The notes under the pieces are model-generated. The model was not told where the DNA came from. It saw only the letters and a program-made list of their open reading frames with translations, and searched no databases. From Alphaproteobacteria bacterium (lineage in GTDB: Bacteria > Pseudomonadota > Alphaproteobacteria > UBA828), in assembly GCA_963667785.2 (NCBI GenBank), contig CAXXMU010000006.1:544001-608000 (forward strand): a DNA stretch of 64,000 nt, given 5' to 3'. Each line of letters begins with the position of its first letter. The first letter of the stretch is position 1. Made by a program: the position numbers and the translations under genes. Shown here piece by piece: positions 19,505 through 31,530 of this stretch.

Positions 19505-20425
19505 CTAGCCCCTGCCGCGGTAGATGTCGATGACCGTGTCCAGCATGGAGAGCGCCTCCGAACGCGGGCGCTGGAAGCTGTTGCGGCCGATGATCGAGCC
19601 GCTGCCGCCGCCGGCATGGATGGCGCGGACCTCGCCGAAGAGCCCCTCCAGCCCCTTCGCCGCGCCGCCGGAGAAGACCACCAGCCTGCGGCCGTCGAAG
19701 GCCGCCTGCATGACGTGGGCGATCCGCTTCTCCAGCGTCTCCGCCTCCACCCCCCGGGCGCGGTACACCTTCGCTGCCGCCTCCTGCTCCAGATGCTCGG
19801 TCGGCGGCTTGACCTTGATGATGTGAGCGCCCGCGAGCGCGGCCATGTGGGCGGCGTAGGCCACCACGTCGAGCGCGGTCTCGCCCTCCCTGGAGAGGGA
19901 GCCGCCGCGCGGATAGGACCAGACGACGACCGCGAGCCCGTGCGCCTTCGCCTCTGCCGCCAGTTCGCGGATCTCCTCGATCATCTCGTACTGCTGATCC
20001 GAGGCGGGATAGACGGTAAAGCCGATGGCGGCGCAGCCGAGGCGCAGCGCGTCGGAGATCGAGCCCGTCACCGCCTGGTCCTTGGCCGAGCCCAGCGAGT
20101 TGGCGTTGTTGACCTTGAGGATTGTCGGGATCGCGCCGGCGAAGCTGTCGGCGCCCGATTCGATCATGCCGAGCGGGCTCGCGAAGGCGTTCAGCCCCGC
20201 ATCGATCGCGAGCCGCCAGTGATAGTGCGGGTCGTAGGCCGCGGGATTGGGCGCGAAGCTGCGCGCAGGCCCGTGCTCGAAGCCCTGATCCACCGGCAGG
20301 ACGACCATCCTCCCGGTGCCGCCGAGGCGGCCATGCATCAGGATGCGGGCGAGATTGCCCTTCGTGCCGGGATTGTCGCTCTCGTACCAGGAGAGAATCT
20401 CTCTGACGCGCCGGGTGATTCGCAT
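19505..20425 (-). CDS. fbaB: Class I fructose-bisphosphate aldolase (DhnA type)
   Basis: LPVDQGFEHGP, WSYPRG, IIKVK and IIGRNSFQR motifs. Confidence 0.93.
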   Translation of the reverse strand: MRITRRVREILSWYESDNPGTKGNLARILMHGRLGGTGRMVVLPVDQGFEHGPARSFAPNPAAYDPHYHWRLAIDAGLNAFASPLGMIESGADSFAGAIPTILKVNNANSLGSAKDQAVTGSISDALRLGCAAIGFTVYPASDQQYEMIEEIRELAAEAKAHGLAVVVWSYPRGGSLSREGETALDVVAYAAHMAALAGAHIIKVKPPTEHLEQEAAAKVYRARGVEAETLEKRIAHVMQAAFDGRRLVVFSGGAAKGLEGLFGEVRAIHAGGGSGSIIGRNSFQRPRSEALSMLDTVIDIYRGRG

Positions 20426-20464
20426 GGCCTCATCCTGACCGAGGGCAGGGCCGTTTTCCAGTCC

Positions 20465-20692
20465 CTAGAGCATTATCCGACCATACGAGGTCACCACGGC
20501 TTGACTCCCACCTCCCCCTGTCCCCCTCCCCCAAAGGCGGAGGGGGAACGCGACAGCGCCGCCTTCTCTCCCTCTCCGCCCCTGGGGGCGGAGAGGGCCG
20601 GGGTGAGGTGGGGGAAGCGCGGGCAACACCGCACGAAGATTAGGCACCCGCAGCAACTCGCTGCGATCGTGTCTGAACGAAAAGTGCCCTAG
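20465..20692 (-). repeat. CTAG-bounded composite element, copy 2 (arm type B, inverted)
   Basis: CTAG at both ends; near reverse complement of copy 3; CTAG 20689-20692 contains the stop of the upstream gene. Confidence 0.88.
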
Positions 20693-21107
20693 GAGCGTTT
20701 CGCGAGATAGGCGGCGCTGTCCCGCTCGGGCGCGACGGAACGGGCGAGATCGAGCGCGCCCCGGCCCGGCCGCGTGGTCACCAGCCGGCTCCCCTCGCCC
20801 TCGGCGATGGTCCGGAGGGTCGCGCGCATGGCGCCCCGGCCGGTGAACGCGACGGCGGCGAAGCCGCGGCTCAGGGCCTCATGGGCGAGGACGGCATTCG
20901 CGGCGCAGTCGACCACCTCGTCGTGGCAGGCATCCGGCACCGCCTCCCTGGCCTTGGCGAACACCGCGGCGAGAAAGCCGAGGCCCGCGTAGGCCGCCGC
21001 TCCCGGCGCGGACCACAGCGTCACCGGCACTCCTGCTGCGGCCGCCGCCCTGAGCGCAGCCGTTGCCTGGGCGAGATCGTGCACGACGATGGCCGGCCGC
21101 CGCTCGC

Positions 21108-21111
<4 letters not shown>
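20689..21111 (-). CDS. Hypothetical protein in the glycolytic operon
   Basis: [16 protein letters not shown]...[12 protein letters not shown]; start overlaps the pgk stop (ATGA). Confidence 0.7.
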
Positions 21112-22328
<1,217 letters not shown>

Positions 22329-22365
22329 GCCGCCGGCAGCGGGATGGGGGCTGAGCCCGGCTCCG

Positions 22366-23370
<1,005 letters not shown>

Positions 23371-23394
23371 GCTCCCTCCACTGACTGAGACGTT

Positions 23395-23623
23395 CTAGAG
23401 CACTTTTCGTTCAGACACGATCGCAGCGAGTTGCTGCGGGTGCCCAATCTTCGTGCGGTGTTGCCCGAGCTTCCCCCACCTCACCCCGGCCCTCTCCGCC
23501 CCCAGGGGCGGAGAGGGAGTAACGGGCGCCGCCGTCGCGTTCCCCCTCCGCCTTTGGGGGAGGGGGACAGGGGGAGGTGGGAGTCAAGCCGTGGTGACCT
23601 CGCATGGTCGGATAATGCTCTAG
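23395..23623 (+). repeat. CTAG-bounded composite element, copy 3 (arm type B)
   Basis: CTAGAGCACTTTTCGTTC...GGTCGGATAATGCTCTAG; the right CTAG contains the tkt stop. Confidence 0.88.
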
Positions 23624-25650
23624 AGCCGGGCCCTGGCCGCCGCGACCACCGCGTCCGCGGTAATGCCGAAATGGGCGTAGAGATCCTTGGCCGGCGCGGA
23701 TGCGCCGAAGCCCTGCATCCCGATGACCGCGCCGCCTGCCCCCACGTAGCGCTCCCAGCCGAGGAGAGAAGCGGCCTCGACCGCAATCCGCACCGCGTCG
23801 GCGCCGCCGAGGACGGCCTCGCGGTAGGCGGACGCCTGTTCGTCGAAGAGCGCCCAGCAGGGCAGCGACACCAGCCGGGTCGGCACGCCGTCGGCTTCCA
23901 GAGCCTGCCGCGCCTCGTCGGCAATTGCGCATTCGGAGCCGGTGGCGAGCAGGACCACGGCGGGCGCCCCGCCGCTCGCCTCGCGCAGCACGTAGCCGCC
24001 GCGCGCGGAGGCGTTGTCCGTGCCGTTGTTCGCCTCGCCCCCATCGCCCGCCCGCAGGCAGGGCACGCCCTGCCGCGTGAGCGCGAGCACCGAGGGCCGC
24101 CTCGCATCGGCCAGGGCGAGCGCCCAGCACTCCGCCGTCTCGACCGCGTCGGCCGGGCGGAACACGAGGAGGTTGGGAATGGCGCGGAGGCTCGCGAGGT
24201 GCTCGATCGGCTGATGGGTGGGGCCGTCCTCGCCGAGGCCGATGGAATCGTGGGTCATCACGTAGATGACCCGGAGCTCCATGAGGGCCGAGAGACGGAT
24301 CGCCGGCCGGCAGTAGTCGGTGAAGGTGAGGAAGGTGCCGCCATAGGGAACGACGCCGCCGTGGAGCGCCATGCCGTTCATCACCGCGCCCATGGCGTGC
24401 TCGCGCACGCCGTAATAGAGGTAGCGGCCGCCGTAGTCGCCGGGCGCGATGGGCGCGAGCGCGTCGGTCTTGGTGCCGTTGGAGCCGGTGAGGTCGGCCG
24501 AGCCGCCGATCAGCGCCGGCAGCGCAGCCGCGACGGCGCCGATGACCCGCTGGTTCGCGACCCGCGTGGCGATGGCCGGTCCCTCGTCGGCGAAGGTCCG
24601 CTTCACCGCCGCGAGAGCGTCCCCGAGCCCCGGAGGCGGCGCGCCGGCCACGGCACCGTCGAACGCGCCGCGGCGCTCCTCGTCGAGGGCGGCGCGGCGC
24701 TCTTCCCAGGCCACGCGCGCAGCCCGCCCCCGCGCACCGGCGGCGCGCCAGGCGGCGAGGATCGCATCCGGCACGGCAAAGGGCGCGTGCGGCCAGCCGA
24801 GCTTCGCGCGGGTGCCCTCGATCTCGTCCGCGCCCAGGGGGGCGCCGTGGCTCGCGGCGGTTCCCGCCTTCGTCGGCGCGCCGTAGCCGATCACCGTGCG
24901 GCACTCGATCATCGAGGGCCGGGGCTCGGACCGGGCGGCCTCGATGGCTGCCGCCACCGCGTCCGGATCGTGGCCGTCGACGCGCTGCACGTGCCAGCCC
25001 GCGGCCTCGAAGCGCGCGCCGGCGTCGTCGGAGCAGGCGAGGCCGGTGGGGCCGTCGATCGAGATGTCGTTCGAATCGTAGAGGACGATCAGGCGGCCCA
25101 GCCGGAGATGGCCGGCGAGCGAGATCGCCTCGTGGCTGACGCCTTCCATCAGGCAGCCGTCGCCGGTCACGACATAGGTGTGGTGATCCACCAGCGCGCC
25201 GCCGAAGCGGGCGGCCATGCTGCGCTCCGCCAGCGCCATGCCGACCGCGTTGGCGAGCCCTTGGCCGAGCGGGCCCGTCGTGGTCTCGATCCCGGCGGCA
25301 AGCCCGTACTCCGGATGCCCTGCGGTGCGGCTGCCGAGCTGACGGAAGTTGCGGATCTCGTCGATATCGATGTCGGGATAGCCGGTGAGATAGAGCAGCG
25401 CGTAGAGCAGCATCGAGCCGTGACCGTTCGAGAGCACGAAGCGGTCCCGGTCGGGCCAGTCGGGCGCAGCCGGGTCGAACTTGAGGAAGCGGCCGAAGAG
25501 CACGGTCGCGACATCGGCGAGGCCCAAGGGCATGCCGGGATGGCCGGAGCGCGCCTGCTCCACCGCATCCATCGCAAGCGCGCGGATGGCGTTCGCCATG
25601 TCCGCGTGCCCGGCGCCCGGTGCGCGTCCTTCAGCCGATGTGGAAGGCAT
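23620..25650 (-). CDS. tkt: Transketolase
   Basis: [13 protein letters not shown] and [16 protein letters not shown] motifs; start approximate. Confidence 0.96.
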   Translation of the reverse strand: MPSTSAEGRAPGAGHADMANAIRALAMDAVEQARSGHPGMPLGLADVATVLFGRFLKFDPAAPDWPDRDRFVLSNGHGSMLLYALLYLTGYPDIDIDEIRNFRQLGSRTAGHPEYGLAAGIETTTGPLGQGLANAVGMALAERSMAARFGGALVDHHTYVVTGDGCLMEGVSHEAISLAGHLRLGRLIVLYDSNDISIDGPTGLACSDDAGARFEAAGWHVQRVDGHDPDAVAAAIEAARSEPRPSMIECRTVIGYGAPTKAGTAASHGAPLGADEIEGTRAKLGWPHAPFAVPDAILAAWRAAGARGRAARVAWEERRAALDEERRGAFDGAVAGAPPPGLGDALAAVKRTFADEGPAIATRVANQRVIGAVAAALPALIGGSADLTGSNGTKTDALAPIAPGDYGGRYLYYGVREHAMGAVMNGMALHGGVVPYGGTFLTFTDYCRPAIRLSALMELRVIYVMTHDSIGLGEDGPTHQPIEHLASLRAIPNLLVFRPADAVETAECWALALADARRPSVLALTRQGVPCLRAGDGGEANNGTDNASARGGYVLREASGGAPAVVLLATGSECAIADEARQALEADGVPTRLVSLPCWALFDEQASAYREAVLGGADAVRIAVEAASLLGWERYVGAGGAVIGMQGFGASAPAKDLYAHFGITADAVVAAARARL

Positions 25651-25752
25651 GAGCCCCCGCTCTGTGCCGCGCCCTCGCGCCGTCAAGTGCGCGCACCATG
25701 CCCCCCGCTCGCGCCACCGTCAACAGCACGCGGGCGCGGGCGGGAGCGGCGC

Positions 25753-26289
25753 TCAGAACGACGAGCCCGGCGTATCGAGAAAGGCGATTTCGTCCGCCGT
25801 GGACTCGCGGGAGAGCGCCTTGTTGCGGTGCGGATAGCGCCCGAAGCGGTCGATGATCGCCTTGTGCTGCAGCTCGTACTTCAGGCTCTCGGGGTCGTCG
25901 AGGGATCCGAACAGGGTCACGGCGATCTCGTGGATCGCGCGCGATTCGCTGTGCTCGTAGGGCATGTAGAAGAACTTCCGGCGCGCGTGCGCGACGGCAT
26001 GGTCGGCACGGGCGCGCACCGCCTCCTGCGCCAGCGCCAGCGCCATGCCGTCGCAGGCGAAGGCGCGCGGATCGTCCCGATAGAGATTGCGCGAGAACTG
26101 GTCGAGCACGATGATCTCGGCGAGGCGGCCGTCCGGGCTCGCGCGCCACTCGTGCAGCTCGCCCCCGGCGGCGCGGTCGTGAAGCGCGCCGAACTCGCTG
26201 CGGATCGCCGCGTCGAAGGCGGGGTCCTTGGCCCACCAGTGATCGGGGCCGTGGCGCTCGAACCAGAACGAGAGAACCTGCTGGATCAT
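25753..26289 (-). CDS. DUF924-family protein
   Basis: VLSFWF, LDQFSRN, YMPYEHSE and RFGRYPHRN motifs. Confidence 0.9.
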   Translation of the reverse strand: MIQQVLSFWFERHGPDHWWAKDPAFDAAIRSEFGALHDRAAGGELHEWRASPDGRLAEIIVLDQFSRNLYRDDPRAFACDGMALALAQEAVRARADHAVAHARRKFFYMPYEHSESRAIHEIAVTLFGSLDDPESLKYELQHKAIIDRFGRYPHRNKALSRESTADEIAFLDTPGSSF

Positions 26290-26296
26290 CGTCTTC

Positions 26297-27070
26297 TCAC
26301 CTCGTGGGCTGGGCGGCGAGCGCGCGGGCGCGCTCGAGCTGCGCGGGGGTGTCGACGCCGAGCGGGATCGCGTCGACGAACGCGACCTCGATGCGCATGC
26401 CGTCTTCGAGCGCCCGCAGCTGCTCCAGGCGCTCGCGGCGCTCCAGCGGGCTCGGCGGCAGCGAGACGAAGCGGGCAAGCGCATCGCGCCTGTAGGCATA
26501 GAGGCCGATGTGGTGCCAGAGCTCTCCCTCGCCCGAGGGCGCGGTCGCGCGGGTGAAGTAGAGGGCGCGGCCCTGGCCCCGCTCCGGCGCGGCGGAGACC
26601 ACGGCCTTGACCACGCTCGGGTCCGCCCGCTCCGCCGGCTCGCGGACGGCGGCCGCCAGCGTCCCGATATCGACGGCGGGGTCTTCCAGGAGAGCGAGCG
26701 CCCTCGCCAGCAGCGCGGGCTCGACCGTGGGCAGGTCGCCCTGCAGGTTGACCACCGCGTCGTGCCGGCCCTCGGGATCGAGCGCCTCGAGCGCCTCGAA
26801 GATGCGATCGGAGCCCGACGCGTGGTCGGGGCGGGTCAGCACCGCGCGCCCGCCGGCGCCCTCGACCGCGTCCGCGATGGCGGCCTCGGCACAGGCCACG
26901 ACAACGGGGCCGACGCGCGCCGCCTGCGCCCGCTCCAGCACGCGCACGATCATCGGCCGGCCGGCGATGTCGGCAAGCGGCTTGCCCGGAAGGCGCCGCG
27001 AGGCGAGCCGCGCCGGAATCAGCACGATCGGGCGGCGCGGCGGCTCCCGCGCGTCCGCCGGCCCGCTCAC
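26297..27070 (-). CDS. kdsB: 3-deoxy-manno-octulosonate cytidylyltransferase
   Basis: [25 protein letters not shown] and LEQLRALE motifs; GTG start estimated. Confidence 0.93.
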   Translation of the reverse strand: MSGPADAREPPRRPIVLIPARLASRRLPGKPLADIAGRPMIVRVLERAQAARVGPVVVACAEAAIADAVEGAGGRAVLTRPDHASGSDRIFEALEALDPEGRHDAVVNLQGDLPTVEPALLARALALLEDPAVDIGTLAAAVREPAERADPSVVKAVVSAAPERGQGRALYFTRATAPSGEGELWHHIGLYAYRRDALARFVSLPPSPLERRERLEQLRALEDGMRIEVAFVDAIPLGVDTPAQLERARALAAQPTR

Positions 27071-27267
27071 GGCCCTCTCCCCGCGTGGCCGCCGCTCTCC
27101 GTGGGCACCGTCATGACCCTGCCAGATAGGACGCCGGGCCTCTCTTGTCGAGGCCGATGGTGGAGGAAACCGGGCGCCGACGATGGTTGGACATGGCCGG
27201 ATGAAGCGGCTAATCTCCGCCGCTGTCGGCTCCCGACGATCCGGTTTCACCCACTTCAGCGGGCGGC

Positions 27268-27834
27268 ATGAACACCTACGAGCTGAACAAGGTCTTCGGC
27301 GCGATTCTCTTCGCGGGCCTGACGGCGATGACGGCGTGGCTCATCTCGCTCGCGGCCTTCGGCAAGCTCGAGCACGCCCATCACGAGCGGGTGATCCACT
27401 ACCAGGTGGCGGGCCTCGAGCAGGACGCGGCCATGCACGACGAGGCCGCGGCCGACGAGCCGGAGATGCCGGCGCTGTCGCTCGCGGAGCTGCTGGCCGA
27501 CGCCGATCCCGCCAAGGGGCAGAAGGTGTTCAAGAAGTGCGCGGCCTGCCACACGGTGGACGAGGGCGGCAAGAACAAGATCGGCCCCAACCTCTGGAAC
27601 ATCGTGAACCGCACCATCGCGACCCACGAGGGCTTCAGCTACTCCGGCGCCATGGCCGAGCTGGAAGGCGTCTGGGACTTCGCGCTTCTGAGCGACTTCA
27701 TCGCCGACCCCAAGGGCACCGTGCCGGGCACCAAGATGGCCTTCAAGGGGGTCTCCAAGGACGGCGACCGCGCCGACGTGCTCGCCTATCTCCGCTCCCT
27801 CAGCGCCGAGCCGGCGGACCTGCCGGCCGAGTAG
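27268..27834 (+). CDS. cycM: Membrane-anchored cytochrome c (CycM/c2-like)
   Basis: N-terminal TM, CAACH haem motif, GPNL, PGTKMAF; divergent from kdsB. Confidence 0.92.
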   Translation: MNTYELNKVFGAILFAGLTAMTAWLISLAAFGKLEHAHHERVIHYQVAGLEQDAAMHDEAAADEPEMPALSLAELLADADPAKGQKVFKKCAACHTVDEGGKNKIGPNLWNIVNRTIATHEGFSYSGAMAELEGVWDFALLSDFIADPKGTVPGTKMAFKGVSKDGDRADVLAYLRSLSAEPADLPAE

Positions 27835-27871
27835 AGCCACCGCCCTCGATCTCACGGCTGCGGCCCACGCC

Positions 27872-28650
27872 TCAGGCAGTCTGAATCAGGCGATAGCGCT
27901 CCGCCTCCAGCACGAGACAGGTCAGCACGTTCGTCGCGAAGGCGCCGGTATCGATGCCGATGCGGTTGTGGCGCACCTCCGCCTCGCTCGTGATGGTATG
28001 GCCGTGGACGACGACGTGGCCGTGGTCGTCGCTCGCGTGCAGGAAGCTGTCGCGTATCCAGTAGAAATCTTCCTCCGCCTGCCGGGCGAGCGGCACGCCC
28101 GGCCGGATGCCGGCGTGGACGAAGAGATAGCCGCCGCTCTCGCGATAGGGGACCAGCGCGTCCAGGAAGGCGCGGTGGGCGGCGGGCAGCGCCGCGGCGA
28201 TTTCTTCTTGCAGCGCCCCAAGCCGACGGGGCTCGTCCTCGCCGAGCGCCGCGCGGACGCCGTAGCTCGCGAGCGTCTCCACGCCGCCGCAATAGAGCCA
28301 GCTCGGCCCGACCCGGGTATCGCTGAGGAACGACTCGAACCAGTCCTCGTGGTTGCCGCGCAGGTGCACCCGCTCGAAGGCAGGCAGCGGCCGCTGGCAC
28401 AGCCTCTCGATGATCGCGCGCGACTCCGGGCCCCGGTCCACATAGTCGCCGAGGAAGACGAGCACGGGCCGCGCCGGCGGCAGGCTCCGCTGCTCGTCCT
28501 CGATCGCCGCAAGCAGCATCTCCAGCAGGTCGAGGCGGCCATGGATGTCGCCGATGGCGAAGATGCGCTCACCGTCCGGCGTCCGCCCCGGCGCCGGCGA
28601 CCAGTCTCCGCGCCGGATGGAGGGCTCGCGCGCTTCAGGAAGAGGCGCAT
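27872..28650 (-). pseudogene. PPP-family Ser/Thr phosphatase (metallophosphoesterase) with an apparent 5' frameshift
   Basis: GDIHG, GDYVDRG, LRGNHE, HAG, HGHT and IDTG lie in one frame, but there is no in-frame ATG/GTG/TTG between the TGA at 28675 and GDIHG. ATG 28650 (MRLFLKR) is out of frame. Confidence 0.6.
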
Positions 28651-28684
28651 CGCCGCGGTGCCAAGGTGCCTGTCATCTCTGCGC

Positions 28685-29251
28685 TCACTGCGCCCGGAGC
28701 CAGCCCCGTTCCCGATAGTAGCGCTCCGCACCGGGATGAAGGGGCGGGGCGAGGTCTCCCGGCGTCGCCGCCGGATCGAGGTCGAGAAAGGCGGGATGGG
28801 CGCGCCCGAGAGCGTCGAGATGCTCGAACACCGTCCGCACCACCTCGTAGACGAGGTCGTCTGCAACATGGGTGCCGGTCACGAGCAGCGCGTCCTCCGT
28901 ATGCAGGCCAACCGCGCTCCGTAGGCTCGTCGCCGGACGGCCCTCCCAGGCTCCCCTGCCGTCGATGGCCTCGCGGCTGGTGCCGGACCGGGCGAATCCG
29001 AATTCCATCAGGCCGCCGGCGACGGCGCGGATATTGAAGACGGAGCCGGGCGTCGGCCGGGCGAAGCAGTCGTAGGTCCCGGCGACGCGCTCGTTCACCG
29101 CCCGGCAAATCTCGTGCGCCGCCTCGGTCTCGGCGCCGTCCGCCGGGCCTCCGCCGATCAGGACGGGCTGCAGGGCCGCCGCACCCGGCGCCTGGCCCGC
29201 GAGCACCAGGGCGGCCACGGACGCGCCGATCAGCGACCTGCGGGTCAGCAT
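28685..29251 (-). CDS. Shortened TAXI-family TRAP solute receptor (188 aa)
   Basis: TRR signal, GSVFNI, VYEVVRTVFEHL..L..AHPAF and PLHPGAERYYRERG motifs; the central domain is absent. Confidence 0.75.
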   Translation of the reverse strand: MLTRRSLIGASVAALVLAGQAPGAAALQPVLIGGGPADGAETEAAHEICRAVNERVAGTYDCFARPTPGSVFNIRAVAGGLMEFGFARSGTSREAIDGRGAWEGRPATSLRSAVGLHTEDALLVTGTHVADDLVYEVVRTVFEHLDALGRAHPAFLDLDPAATPGDLAPPLHPGAERYYRERGWLRAQ

Positions 29252-29295
29252 GCGTCCTCTGCCCCCGGTCTCCGCGCGTCGCGGCACCCGCCGCC

Positions 29296-29871
29296 CTACT
29301 TGACGAGGCGGGAGACGGCCTTGAATTCCGGCGTGCCGGCGACCTCCAGCCACTCGAACAGCACCATCTCCGTGGTCACCCGCGAGATGCCGAGCGCGCC
29401 GAAGCGCGCCAGCGCGGCATCCTTGCTGGCGGGCGCGCGCGAGCCGCAGGCGTCCGTGACGATGTGCACGCCGTAGCCTTGCGCGTCGAGATCGGCGGCC
29501 GTCTGCATCACGCAGACGTGGCTTTCGACGCCGCAGACGACGACGTGGTCGCGCCCCTCGGCCTTGAGCCCGTCGAGGTGGGCCGCGAAGTCGTGGTTGC
29601 GCGCGGCGCTGAAGGTCATCTTGTCGATCACCGCAGCGTCGTTGGGAAGCAGGCCGGCAATCGCGTCGACGGTGGGGCCGAGGCCCTTGGCATACTGCTC
29701 GGTGACCACCATCGGCACCTCGAGATGACGCGCCGCCTCGATCAGGATGCCGGAGGCCCGCGCCACCGCGTCCGCCTCGGCGATCGCGGGCATGAGCCGC
29801 TCCTGCATGTCGATCACGACAAGGGCGGAGCGGTCTCTTTGCAGCAGGGCGGGGCTGAGGTCTCGTGTCAT
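29296..29871 (-). CDS. Isochorismatase-family hydrolase (YcaC-related)
   Basis: VIDMQE, TEQY..GLG, KMTFS and GVESHVCV motifs. Confidence 0.9.
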   Translation of the reverse strand: MTRDLSPALLQRDRSALVVIDMQERLMPAIAEADAVARASGILIEAARHLEVPMVVTEQYAKGLGPTVDAIAGLLPNDAAVIDKMTFSAARNHDFAAHLDGLKAEGRDHVVVCGVESHVCVMQTAADLDAQGYGVHIVTDACGSRAPASKDAALARFGALGISRVTTEMVLFEWLEVAGTPEFKAVSRLVK

Positions 29872-29982
29872 CCTGCGCGCATCCGTCGCTTCCGGCACCG
29901 TGGCCCATGCGGCCCGCAGCCGCAACCCTGGCCGCTCGTGTCCCGATCGAGAAGTTCGCAGGAACTGTGGGAAGTCCCATCA

Positions 29983-30077
29983 CGTCATGGCCGGGCTTGT
30001 CCCGGCCATCCACGTGTTTGTTCAGTGTTCAACGGATCTGGCCGAGCGAGATGCCCGGAACAAGTCCGGGCATGACG
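29983..30077. repeat. Alphaproteobacterial REP doublet (GTCATGGCCGGGCTTGTCCCGGCCATC type)
   Basis: CGTCATGGCCGGGCTTGTCCCGGCCATCCACG ... GATGCCCGGAACAAGTCCGGGCATGACG inverted pair. Confidence 0.8.
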
Positions 30078-30104
30078 ATGAAATTGGGTGGTTCGTGCGG
30101 GGTC

Positions 30105-30264
30105 GAGACTCCCCCACCTCACCCCGACCCTCTCCGCCCCCAGGGGCGGAGAGGGAGAAGGGGCGGTGCCGCTTTCGTTCCCCCTCCGCCTCTGGGGGAG
30201 GGGGACAGGGGGAGGTGGGTGCTGTCGAGCCGTGGTGACCTCGTATGGTCGGACAGTGCTCTAG
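30105..30264 (+). repeat. Composite element copy 4 (core plus right arm only)
   Basis: Same hairpin core and CCGTGGTGACCTCGTATGGTCGGACAGTGCTCTAG end; no left CTAG arm. Confidence 0.85.
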
Positions 30265-30328
30265 GGGCGACCGCTGGCGTGCTCTCGGCGTGCGGTGATA
30301 GGCTCCCGGCCCACCGGGAGGAGGGACC

Positions 30329-31498
30329 ATGGCGGAGAAGTGCGGCAATGGCGCACGGGTCTTGAGGGGCGTCCGGGCGCTGCTCGCGGCGGCGGTGGCG
30401 CTCGTCCTCGCCGCGCTTCCTCTGGCGGCGGCTGAGCGGCTCGGCACGGTCGAGAGCGCCCTGCACCGCTTCCACCTGGTCCGCGTGGTGGACGGGCTGG
30501 AGCACCCGTGGGGCCTCGTCTTCCTGCCGGACGGGCGGATGCTGGTGACGGAGCGCCCGGGGCGGCTCCGCATCGTCGCGGACGGCGCGCTCGTGCCCGA
30601 GCCGGTGGCCGGTGTGCCCGCCGTGTGGGCGGAAGGCCAGGGCGGGCTGCTGGACGTGGTGCTGCACCCCGATTTCGCGGAGAACGGCCTTGTCTATCTC
30701 TCCTATGCGAGCCCAGACGAGGAGGACGAGGAGGCCGCCACCGCCGTGGCCCGCGGCCGGCTCACGGGCGCGCGGCTGGAGGAGGTCGAGGAGATCTACC
30801 TCGCCCCGCCGCGCGACGACGGCGGCCGCCACTTCGGCTCGCGCCTCCTCTTCTCGGATGGTTACCTCTTCGTCACCACAGGCGAGCGCGGCGAGCCCGA
30901 CCGCGCCCAGGCCCTGGACGACCCGGCGGGCTCCGTCATCCGCCTCCACGACGACGGCAGCATACCGGCGAACAACCCCTTCGCAGCGCTCGCGGACGCG
31001 CGGCCGGAAATCTACTCCTACGGCCACCGCAACCCCCAGGGCATGGCGCTGGAGGCGTCGACGGGGCGCATCTATGTCATCGAGCACGGGCCCAAGGGCG
31101 GCGACGAGCTGAACCTGATCGAGCCGGGCGTGAACTACGGCTGGCCGGTGATCACCTACGGGAAGAGCTACATGGGCTTCAAGATCGGCGAGGGCACCCA
31201 CATGGAGGGCATGGCCCAGCCGGTGCACTACTGGGTGCCGTCGATCTCGCCGTCGGGCCTGATGATCTACGACGGCGCGGGCTTCCCGGCCTGGCGGGGC
31301 AGCGTCTTCGCCGGCGCGCTCTCGGGCGAGCTGCTGGTGCGGCTCGAGATCGCAGGCGGCCGGGCGGTGGCGGAGGAACGCATGCTCGAAGACCTGGAGG
31401 AGCGCATCCGCGACGTGCGCCAGGGGCCGGACGGCCTCGTCTACCTGCTCACCGACCACCCGGACGGGATGCTGCTCAGGCTGGAGCCGGCGGACTAG
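30329..31498 (+). CDS. PQQ-dependent sugar dehydrogenase (YliI/Asd family)
   Basis: GLEHPW, GQGGLLDV, HFGSR, YGHRNPQG, EHGPKGGDELN and NYGWP motifs. Confidence 0.92.
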   Translation: MAEKCGNGARVLRGVRALLAAAVALVLAALPLAAAERLGTVESALHRFHLVRVVDGLEHPWGLVFLPDGRMLVTERPGRLRIVADGALVPEPVAGVPAVWAEGQGGLLDVVLHPDFAENGLVYLSYASPDEEDEEAATAVARGRLTGARLEEVEEIYLAPPRDDGGRHFGSRLLFSDGYLFVTTGERGEPDRAQALDDPAGSVIRLHDDGSIPANNPFAALADARPEIYSYGHRNPQGMALEASTGRIYVIEHGPKGGDELNLIEPGVNYGWPVITYGKSYMGFKIGEGTHMEGMAQPVHYWVPSISPSGLMIYDGAGFPAWRGSVFAGALSGELLVRLEIAGGRAVAEERMLEDLEERIRDVRQGPDGLVYLLTDHPDGMLLRLEPAD

Positions 31499-31530
31499 CG
31501 CCCGATGGGAACGCCCGTGAAGATGACCCC

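Noticed and set aside
23431-26556. Very long antisense ORFs (1041 aa here; also 33988..36546, 47653..50361, 59166..62117)
   Set aside because: They lie opposite or across well-supported genes; stop-poor shadow frames are expected at this GC content.
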